Part shown: positions 56,411 through 63,208 of the stretch, in pieces
Layout of the letters: each line of letters starts with the position of its first letter
Position numbering within the stretch: the stretch's first letter is position 1
DNA from: a virus
Taxonomy: Duplodnaviria > Caudoviricetes
IMG/VR virus record: IMGVR_UViG_3300017700_000880
Coordinates: 1 to 63,208 of that record
Reading direction: 5' to 3' (one strand)
Length of the DNA stretch: 63,208 nucleotides
The notes under the pieces: model-generated
What the model saw: the letters and a program-made list of their open reading frames with translations, nothing else
The model's database searches: none
What the model was told of the DNA's origin: nothing
Translations under genes and position numbers: made by a program

Positions 56411-56760
56411 CCGGCCAGCACCTTCCGCTCCATAAGGTTGAGTTGGGCGCTGATGGTCTTGGCCAGCCGGCGCTCAACGGCCGTCTCAACTGGCGTCATC
56501 GGTTCGCCGCGCTGGCGTAGCGTGACCATGCAGGCAAGCTGGCGCATCGTTATCTGCACCGCGCCGCTGGACAAAGCCTTGCGCCGTTTGGTTATGCAGA
56601 TATCGAAATGCTCTTTGAAGGTGCCGGGGAATTGTACGTGCCGAGTGGCCACGCCGATGGTCCTCATCATCGCCATCAACTCGGATGACGAGTCGGCAAT
56701 GACGTGGCACATCTTCATCCCGCGATAGGGTGCGGCCATATCGTCAACGTACACGGCCAC
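56404..56760 (-). CDS. DUF4031 domain protein
   Basis: VYVDD...MCHVIAD...EL......IG......EHFDI....RKAL..GA. Confidence 0.85.
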   Translation of the reverse strand: MAVYVDDMAAPYRGMKMCHVIADSSSELMAMMRTIGVATRHVQFPGTFKEHFDICITKRRKALSSGAVQITMRQLACMVTLRQRGEPMTPVETAVERRLAKTISAQLNLMERKVLAGY

Positions 56761-57148
56761 GCCTCACCTCCAGATAAGAGAAGACCTTGAGCGGCTCCTC
56801 GCCGGCCGGGTCGAACATCTTGCGGCCGTCCCACGCGCACCAATGCCAGCCGCTCCGCTTCAGGTGGAACAGTTCCTTGGTCTTGAGGAGGCACTTGCCC
56901 TCGCGATAACGCGGCGGCCACGGCTGGAGCCGGTGGTGACTGCACTCGAAGCCAAGCTGCGCCAGCGCGGCGATGACGTGCTTCGTCGTGGTGCCCCGTG
57001 GTCGCCCGCGCGGGAATTGAAACGCCTCCAGCGCCCGCTTATAGCTGACGTTCGTCAGCATGGCCACGACCGCCACGCCGCAGTCTTTGTTCGTGCGTTG
57101 CGCGACCAGCTTCACGAGCGCGGCTCCAGATGGCCGAGCCGTCGCCAC
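56744..57148 (-). CDS. Peptidase C39-like (papain fold) protein
   Basis: QRTNKDCGVAVVAML..HWCAWDG..FDP. Confidence 0.75.
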   Translation of the reverse strand: MATARPSGAALVKLVAQRTNKDCGVAVVAMLTNVSYKRALEAFQFPRGRPRGTTTKHVIAALAQLGFECSHHRLQPWPPRYREGKCLLKTKELFHLKRSGWHWCAWDGRKMFDPAGEEPLKVFSYLEVRRGRVR

Positions 57149-57915
57149 ATGTCATCCTTTTCGGCGACCGCTTTATTGTGCGCCAGCACGAGCGACTTCA
57201 CTTGGTCCTCAAGGTCGAGGATGCGCTCGTTCTTCAGAAGGTCGGCGTGCGCGTTGACGATATCGCGGCGCAACCGGATACAGCCGGACTCGTGCAACTC
57301 GCCGTGGATGATGCGGTGCTGGTCGATTTGGTTCCGCGAGCCGAAACCTTCAGGGTCAAAGCGGCCGGTCCATCCGTGGTATTTGCCGTCCTCGTCACGC
57401 TTATCGCATGACAGGTACCGGCGCATCTGGTCCTCGGAGTGCGGCCCGCCTTCGAGCAACGCCTCGACGGTCCTGCGCGCCATCTCTTGCACCCACGTCA
57501 CAAGGTTCGGCGCTAGGTCGTCTTTCATACGGTACATCAGGTCGTCCTCGACCATGCACGTAATCTCCTCAATCTTTTTGCCCATCGCCTTGACGGTGTC
57601 ATCGCTGACGCCAGAGGTGAGCACGGCGCGAAGCTTGGCCGATAGCTCCGCGTGGTCGGTGCCGTCAAATTCGACAACCGGCGGCGAGTGGCCGGGCTCC
57701 AGCCCGCACGCATCGCGCAACTCGGACCAAAGGCGCGCGGCGGTGCCGCCGTACAGCGTCTTCACCGGCACCCATCGCGTCTCGTAATACACGGCCGCGA
57801 CGGCGCGCATCAGGCGCGCCACCTCAATCTCCTCGGCCGACTTGGTCGACCACGGGACGCCAACTTCGACGCCGCTCTTCTCGTTGATGCCTTCGGTCAT
57901 TGTGCTCGCCCCCAT
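57112..57915 (-). CDS. Hypothetical protein
   Basis: Long ORF in the minus-strand array; start uncertain. Confidence 0.65.
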   Translation of the reverse strand: MGASTMTEGINEKSGVEVGVPWSTKSAEEIEVARLMRAVAAVYYETRWVPVKTLYGGTAARLWSELRDACGLEPGHSPPVVEFDGTDHAELSAKLRAVLTSGVSDDTVKAMGKKIEEITCMVEDDLMYRMKDDLAPNLVTWVQEMARRTVEALLEGGPHSEDQMRRYLSCDKRDEDGKYHGWTGRFDPEGFGSRNQIDQHRIIHGELHESGCIRLRRDIVNAHADLLKNERILDLEDQVKSLVLAHNKAVAEKDDMWRRLGHLEPRS

Positions 57916-58260
57916 AATGCGCCGAGTTCATTGTCCATGAACACGTCGTCGTCCAACGATTGGACCAATTCCTTGCCGGCCTGAAGCATGTACTCCAGCG
58001 GCGACGGTGCGTGCTGGCGCAAGCGTTCGATGGCGGCGGCGTCTTCCTTCGTAGCGGTGCGGATAATCATTTGCCTCGTGCCCTTCGTTGCATTGACGCC
58101 TGCAGTTGCTTCACGAGTTGGTCTTGCACCGCTGGCGTCTCATGCGGAGGCAAGATGGCGATGGCTTGGTTGCCCTGTACAATGCCAGTGGCGACCGGCG
58201 GCCGGGAGTCGGCGTAAGCGCCGCGCGCGGCGCGATTGCCATACGGGTCATCGTTGAACA

Positions 58261-58608
58261 TCAGCGTGCCAGCGATTGCCGAGCCATCTCGGACTCGGAG
58301 GGAAGCTTGCGGCGGTAACGCGGCGGCGGCCGTTCAGGCTTGAGGCCGAGCGCCTCGCGGCCCTTGGCGGTCAGCGTGAACGTCACGACGATGGCCGGCT
58401 CATCGCGCGGGCCGTCATCGATAGCGCGGCGCGCGAGGTATCCCTCCAGCGCCAGCGCGGACAATTCCTTGCCCTTGATGCCACGGTGAGTCGCGCTGAC
58501 CAGTTTCGGCGTCTTATGGCCGGCGTGAGGAATCTCGTATCCGAAGCGGGCGGGCTTATCGGCCAGCCGCTTAAGCAACTGGAGCGAGTCGGGTTTCAGC
58601 GTCATCAT
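58261..58608 (-). CDS. Hypothetical, winged-helix-like
   Basis: L..LALEGYL....FTLTAKGREAL. Confidence 0.55.
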   Translation of the reverse strand: MMTLKPDSLQLLKRLADKPARFGYEIPHAGHKTPKLVSATHRGIKGKELSALALEGYLARRAIDDGPRDEPAIVVTFTLTAKGREALGLKPERPPPRYRRKLPSESEMARQSLAR

Positions 58609-58886
58609 TGGCGACCTTCGTTGGAGTGCAAATAAAGAATCCAGATTGACCGAAACTTGGCGGCGCGAAGTGCGGTCCCGGCCGGCCGCAGTTCGGACAC
58701 GGCCCTCCCTCGGGTATCACACCGTTAAACCGGCGATGGTACTGCGCATCGGCGACCGTCATAACGCCCTGCCTTTTGCGGCGCGCCCTTGCGCGCACGG
58801 ATGAACTTGTCATCACCGACTCCGGTCGATGATGATAGCGATGGCGAGGGCCGCCATCAGGATGACCAAACCCTCGCCACCGGATA

Positions 58887-59405
58887 TCATTTGCCGGCCT
58901 TCGCCTTGCGGCGCAACTTGGCCATCACAGCCTTCTTCGACTTGGCCAGCGGCGCGGCCTTTACCCGAGGGGCAGAGTCCGGCCAGTTGCGCGAGCCGTA
59001 CATCGTGGCCAGCGCCAGCGTCTTGCCAGCTTGGCGCGCAAACATCCCGCGCACGCGGTCGTCCATGACCGCCGGCCAGATAAGCATCCGCTCACCGGTA
59101 CGGGCACCGCCAACGTCGCCATGTACGCCGACCTCGACCTTTGCCTTGCGGTCGTCCTTGGCCGCCGGCTTGCGCGAGGCGATGGTCGGTGAGACCGGCT
59201 CCACGATGCCGACAATCTTGACGATGGCGAAGGTGCCGGTCTTCTGAAGCTGTGCCAGCTTGACAATGGTGGCGCGCGCCTCGTCTTCGGCACCGGCCTG
59301 CTTGCGGTGAAGCTTGCGGTCGGTATCCTTGCCGTCCGCTTTGATGCAGATGGCGGCGTACTGTGCCATCATGCGCGGCTCGGTCTTCGGTTTACTCTTC
59401 TTCAT
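58887..59405 (-). CDS. Lys/Ala-rich basic protein
   Basis: RBS GGAG; basic composition. Confidence 0.6.
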   Translation of the reverse strand: MKKSKPKTEPRMMAQYAAICIKADGKDTDRKLHRKQAGAEDEARATIVKLAQLQKTGTFAIVKIVGIVEPVSPTIASRKPAAKDDRKAKVEVGVHGDVGGARTGERMLIWPAVMDDRVRGMFARQAGKTLALATMYGSRNWPDSAPRVKAAPLAKSKKAVMAKLRRKAKAGK

Positions 59406-59582
59406 CAGTCGCTCCAATGTACCGAGGCAACCGGCGGTCGCCTTCCAGTTCTCGCTCGTTGGCAAGTTCGTCGATACCCGACTCCCGCCGCGCCCGCGCC
59501 ATCAGGCGCTCGGCCGGCTTGCGCGCATGTGGCGCAAGCAATTGCTGGAACAGGGCGTTGAAGCCTATCGCGGCGGCGGCGC

Positions 59583-59861
59583 TCATGCTGTTATCGTCCA
59601 TCCCAAATCGCGGAGGATATTCTCCGCCTCGTCGATTGCGCCGTCGAGCAACACGCCGCCGACCATCGTGACCACGCCGAACTTGTTCGGAGCAATGGCT
59701 GTAATGAACCACACGCCCTCGGTGCGGCTGTACACCGTGCCGACAACGAAGTCGACATTGGCCGGCTTAAACTGATGGCCGGTGACCGTGTGCTGGTTTA
59801 CCTCGCCCTCGTTGAGGACCACGTCGACCGGCTTCCAGCGTTTGACCTGTGCCGGCGTCAT
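59583..59861 (-). CDS. Hypothetical protein
   Basis: ATGA coupling. Confidence 0.6.
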   Translation of the reverse strand: MTPAQVKRWKPVDVVLNEGEVNQHTVTGHQFKPANVDFVVGTVYSRTEGVWFITAIAPNKFGVVTMVGGVLLDGAIDEAENILRDLGWTITA

Positions 59862-59943
59862 ACCAGCACCGCTGCGGCGAAGCCGATGCAAACGATATAA
59901 AGCGCGGTGCCGCCGATGAGGCGGAGGGCGCATTCACGAGTCA

Positions 59944-60663
59944 TCATGTCTCGCTCCTGTACACGGTGCCGCGTGCTTCCTTGGTCTTGTTCACGGTCTT
60001 GACCTTCTTCACGCCGCTGATGCGCGCGCCGGCCGTGTGCTCTTCCCATCCGGTCGCCGCCGCAATCTCGGCCAGCGTTGCGCCTTCCGGCCGCGCCAGC
60101 ATCGTGAGCAGCGCGGCTTGCTTGTCGGTCGGAGGCTGGCCGACCTTGGAGGTGAACGGCGCGGTGCGCGCGTGTCCGATGACCTTGCGGGCCGCCGGGG
60201 CGGGCGAGGCAGGCTTCGCTTTGACGCGCGCCTTATCCTCGCCCTTGACCGCCGCCACAACGGTCTCCCCTTTGGCCCCGCCAGAGCGGTGCATGTGCGC
60301 GAACTTGTCCGGCACAAATCTCATTCGGCGCTGGTCGTAGACCATGCCACTCAAGTCAGCCGGCACGGCCAGCGCGTCATCGACCGCCGGCTTGCCAGTC
60401 AGAAGCAATTCCTTTTTGAGGCGCTTGGCCTTCGCCTCTTCGCGCTGTGCTTCGAGCACCGCTTCCTCGGCGGCCAGTTGCTCGGGGCTCTTGCGCGTGT
60501 CGGCGAACTTCGGCATCGCCTTCGGCGGGTTGCGTTCCCAAGCGGCGAACCGTTCCTCGGCTGAGATGAGGAGGAACAGCGGGAAGCCACTTGCGGTCGT
60601 TGATGTGAAGTCGTTGGCGGCGCGTGCGGCGCGGCCGGCGTTGTAATCAGGAGCGGCGAGCAT
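59944..60663 (-). CDS. DUF3489 (winged-helix) domain protein
   Basis: KQAALLTMLARPEGATLAEIAAATGWEEHT; RBS GGAGA. Confidence 0.8.
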   Translation of the reverse strand: MLAAPDYNAGRAARAANDFTSTTASGFPLFLLISAEERFAAWERNPPKAMPKFADTRKSPEQLAAEEAVLEAQREEAKAKRLKKELLLTGKPAVDDALAVPADLSGMVYDQRRMRFVPDKFAHMHRSGGAKGETVVAAVKGEDKARVKAKPASPAPAARKVIGHARTAPFTSKVGQPPTDKQAALLTMLARPEGATLAEIAAATGWEEHTAGARISGVKKVKTVNKTKEARGTVYRSET

Positions 60664-60778
60664 CGAAGGCTTCTCCGGTTTGGCGGGCGGCGATGCGGGC
60701 CTGTACAGCGACAAGGCCCTCACGTTGCAATCGGGATTTGAGTAACAGCATTTCAAGTTCAAGGTCGTGGCGGTTCAT
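60647..60778 (-). CDS. 43-aa hypothetical protein
   Basis: RBS ACGGAGAT; first ORF after the promoter. Confidence 0.5.
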   Translation of the reverse strand: MNRHDLELEMLLLKSRLQREGLVAVQARIAARQTGEAFDARRS

Positions 60779-60786
60779 GGCGTATC

Positions 60787-60859
60787 TCCGTTCCCGCCAC
60801 CATAGCTCAGCGGGAACGGACTTCAAGCGGAATCCGTAGGGTGGTTAACAGGCGGTTAA
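60787..60859 (-). promoter_or_regulatory. Promoter with a full CtrA box, GANTC site and inverted repeat around the -10
   Basis: TTAA-N7-TTAA at 60845-60859; TTGAAG-N16-TATGGT; 11-bp inverted repeat 60787-60820. Confidence 0.8.
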
Positions 60860-61248
60860 TGCGTTCGAGCCCCGTTTTCCAGCCCCTTGTCGCGCTCGGT
60901 CATTGCCGCCCGCGCCTGTTGCATCTTTTCGAAAAGCGCCACCATGTGCTCCTCGGTGCGCTTGCGACCGTACACATCGACCGCGTTATAGAACAGTTGC
61001 TCGGCCGGTTGCACGTTGATGTTCGATAGCGTCGACAACCACGTTCCGCCGGCCGGGTCATCGCGGCCCGCCGCCTTGAGGTTGATGCTGGCATTCGAAA
61101 TCATCGTGCCCTGCACGGCGAACGGCAACAGCACCTCCTCCAGTTCTTTGATGCGCTTCAACGCATCAGCGAGCGGGCCTTCCAATTCGATGGCGGAGCG
61201 CGCCACGAGTTGCTCGACCGTGATGGGCTCTTTGTATTCGTCAGCCAT
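60856..61248 (-). CDS. Hypothetical protein
   Basis: RBS AGGAGG. Confidence 0.7.
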   Translation of the reverse strand: MADEYKEPITVEQLVARSAIELEGPLADALKRIKELEEVLLPFAVQGTMISNASINLKAAGRDDPAGGTWLSTLSNINVQPAEQLFYNAVDVYGRKRTEEHMVALFEKMQQARAAMTERDKGLENGARTH

Positions 61249-61507
61249 TGCTCACCTCCTGCCGCTTGGCGGCGTTGTCGCGCAGCATCTGTGCCACGCG
61301 CTTGTTCGTATCGCCGAGCGCTTCAAACGCCTCGGCGCGGGCCTTTGGTCCGTCGATGCGCGCCACGACCTTCCACCGGTCGACCAGCGCGCCAGCCGTA
61401 TCCCGCTCGTGCTGGTTATTCTCCAGCAAGTAAACGCGGCCGATGCGCCGCAAGCGCAGGAGCCGCGTCGTCCCGTAAGCCACCTCCTCGGGTATATGTT
61501 CGGTCAT
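61241..61507 (-). CDS. Hypothetical protein
   Basis: ATGA coupling. Confidence 0.6.
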   Translation of the reverse strand: MTEHIPEEVAYGTTRLLRLRRIGRVYLLENNQHERDTAGALVDRWKVVARIDGPKARAEAFEALGDTNKRVAQMLRDNAAKRQEVSNG

Positions 61508-62037
61508 TTTGTTTTCCGTGCCCGAGAGGAAGGCGAAGGGGTCCAAGGGTAAATCACGTTCAGGTCGCCAGAGGGCTCGAGAATTTCGGCCGCGATGGCG
61601 CATTGCGTGCGGTTCGGAATCGTGTCGGCTATGAAGCCGCGCCGCTGAATTTCTTTGTGGCACGCGACCAGCGGCGCAAGCGCCAACTCAAGAGCGCGAA
61701 TCTTAGCGTGCGTCTCCAGCCGGTCAAGGGCGAGTCGTTCAGGTTCGAAGTCAATGTAATCCCTCCACAGCCTTCCGGCCGGTGTAATCTTTAGAACGGT
61801 GTCATGCAGGTACGGGTGACCGTCCTTGCGAAGCTTCATTCGATTCTCTTGCGCGGCCACCCATCCGGCACGGATGAGGAAACCTGTCACGGCAAGAGCG
61901 GCACCGCCTCGCAAGCTACCGATGAGCCACATGCTCAGGTCGCCGACTGTGGCGGTGCCATTCTTTTCATCAACCAGCCACCGCAGAGCCCTCATCGAGG
62001 GCTCGTTGTGATGGCCGAATTGAAGTCGCTTGCGCAT
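61504..62037 (-). CDS. Hypothetical, winged-helix-like
   Basis: LIRAGWV...KITPAGR; TAATG coupling. Confidence 0.6.
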   Translation of the reverse strand: MRKRLQFGHHNEPSMRALRWLVDEKNGTATVGDLSMWLIGSLRGGAALAVTGFLIRAGWVAAQENRMKLRKDGHPYLHDTVLKITPAGRLWRDYIDFEPERLALDRLETHAKIRALELALAPLVACHKEIQRRGFIADTIPNRTQCAIAAEILEPSGDLNVIYPWTPSPSSRARKTK

Positions 62038-62579
62038 TACCCGCGCTTCGCTGCCCGTGCCGCCTTCGCCGCCTTCGCCGCATCGGCGGCGCGCTTGTCG
62101 AGGAACAGCTTCGCCATCGTGGCGGTCAACATGGGACCGCCATGAATCTCGCCGAGCGTGCGCGCGGGAGTGCGCGTAAGCTTCAGCGTCGAGGCGTCGT
62201 AGTTGTCAGCGGTCAGCAATTCGAGAAGGGCGGCGGCACCGTCCTTCTCACGCCGGTCGTCGATGAGGCAACCGGCGGCGCGCGCATCTTCGATGATGGC
62301 GGCGCAGGCCATGATGTGACCAGTGTGCGGGATGCCGCTCTTGCGGTCGACGTCTTCACCGGCTTCGAGTTGCATATTGTGCCGCTTGATGGCCGCGATG
62401 TAGACCGACATCCGCACGGCCTTATTGCGCCAGTTCTTCTCGCCGTACTTCGCCGCGCCGTCCGCCTGCGCCAGCGCCCACCATATCTGCGCCACGCCCA
62501 TCGTAAGGTCGAGCGGGACCTTCAGCGCGCCGAGCGAGTCTTTCGGATTCGATGAATCCGCCTTTGCACGTTTCGTCAT
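62037..62579 (-). CDS. dATP/dGTP diphosphohydrolase domain protein (DUF5664)
   Basis: NPKD..G..K..GAAKYGEKNWR..RH..GEDVD..SGIPH..H. Confidence 0.88.
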   Translation of the reverse strand: MTKRAKADSSNPKDSLGALKVPLDLTMGVAQIWWALAQADGAAKYGEKNWRNKAVRMSVYIAAIKRHNMQLEAGEDVDRKSGIPHTGHIMACAAIIEDARAAGCLIDDRREKDGAAALLELLTADNYDASTLKLTRTPARTLGEIHGGPMLTATMAKLFLDKRAADAAKAAKAARAAKRG

Positions 62580-62812
62580 GAGCCCTCCGGTATCCGTTGA
62601 TGTGAAAACCCGTCAGCACCGGACTCGAACGCGAAGCCGCGCACCCTGTTCACCTCGTAGTCGAGGCGCAGCGGTGCGCGTGCGAGCAGCCGGTTGATGA
62701 TGGTCGTTGCGGGGAATTGCCGGACCTTGGAATGGCGAGGAAGCAAAGCATCGCGCACCGCGCAAAACTCCGCCGCCGATATTTCGTCGCCAATGTTATA
62801 GGGTACGGGCAT
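62576..62812 (-). CDS. Hypothetical protein
   Basis: RBS GGAGAGG; ATGA coupling to DUF5664. Confidence 0.6.
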   Translation of the reverse strand: MPVPYNIGDEISAAEFCAVRDALLPRHSKVRQFPATTIINRLLARAPLRLDYEVNRVRGFAFESGADGFSHQRIPEGS

Positions 62813-62831
62813 CCGCCTCTCCAGTGCGTGG

Positions 62832-62919
62832 CATATAGCATCGCGGCCCCGGCCGGCGCAAGGGCCAAAGTTCCGCCTTGTTCCGGCGGGTTGCATCGCC
62901 CGGCCCGCCTTGGTAGGTT
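62832..62919. promoter_or_regulatory. Divergent sigma70-like promoters
   Basis: Minus strand TTGCGC-N18-TATATG; plus strand TTGCAT-N17-TAGGTT. Confidence 0.6.
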
Positions 62920-62950
62920 GCCAGAAGGACGGGCGCTGGAGACGGAAATC

Positions 62951-63208
62951 ATGGCAGCGCGGAATAAAAGTCAGACGGCACAAATCGCTGCCAGCGCCGC
63001 TCGCGTTGCTGTGCGAGCGGAGGCCAGCATCATCGCAAACCGTGCCGCGCGTGCGGCCGTGCGCGAATTCGTCAAGAGCCCCGAGCACAAGCACGCGATG
63101 GAATCTTTGCTTGCGGCGTCGATGGACAAGTATGGAATCGACGTCGGCGATGACGACGCCATCCGTGCGTTCAAGAGCGACATGGCGCACATCCGCACTT
63201 GGCGGGAG
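62951..63208 (+). CDS. 5' part of the join-spanning membrane protein
   Basis: ATG at 62951 after GGAG; open into the repeat. Confidence 0.75.
   Translation, partial: MAARNKSQTAQIAASAARVAVRAEASIIANRAARAAVREFVKSPEHKHAMESLLAASMDKYGIDVGDDDAIRAFKSDMAHIRTWRE
63086..63208. repeat. Terminal direct repeat copy 2
   Basis: Identical to 1-123. Confidence 0.95.

Noticed and set aside
62037-62579. Z-genome (2-aminoadenine) pathway
   Set aside because: DUF5664, MazG and HD genes are present but no PurZ-like ORF was found, and DUF5664 is widespread
63086-63208. 123-bp repeat as a biological terminal repeat
   Set aside because: It falls mid-gene and has k-mer-like length, so an assembly overlap is more likely; the real termini are unknown
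1-63208. Integrase, reverse transcriptase/DGR or alternative genetic code
   Set aside because: No such motifs recognised; genes tile well in the standard code and all three stop codons are used

Overview
This window looks like a complete, circularly assembled ~63.1-kb GC-rich siphophage genome: positions 1-123 repeat exactly at 63086-63208, and one gene crosses the join. Replication module (1-17.6 kb): T5 A1-like phosphoesterase, SNF2 and RecD-like helicases, SSB, two tandem Dam-family methyltransferases, HD hydrolase, MazG, PolA, primase-helicase. Packaging and head module (18-35 kb), interrupted by two accessory islands. Tail module with a GTA-like tip (35-51 kb). Lysis cassette (51-53.5 kb), then two convergent arrays of small probably-early genes (53.5-62.8 kb). 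The gene set resembles YuA/phiJL001-like phages and the host is probably an alphaproteobacterium. I saw no integrase, tRNA or CRISPR array. Strongest unusual signals: (1) five perfect CtrA boxes (TTAA-N7-TTAA) in repeated promoter cassettes, plus a second promoter class with a CtrA half-site at a fixed distance; (2) an intact fatty-acid hydroxylase/sterol desaturase translationally coupled to the holin; (3) a dispersed RCCCGAGGG motif, and GATC found only as TGATCG/CGATCA; (4) paired AUG(G)-loop hairpins in both the scaffold and capsid leaders; (5) a probable orphan C-terminal piece of a dUMP hydroxymethylase; (6) domains and motifs shared between head-fibre and tail proteins. All family calls come from motif recognition by eye, not database searches, and all motif counts are manual.
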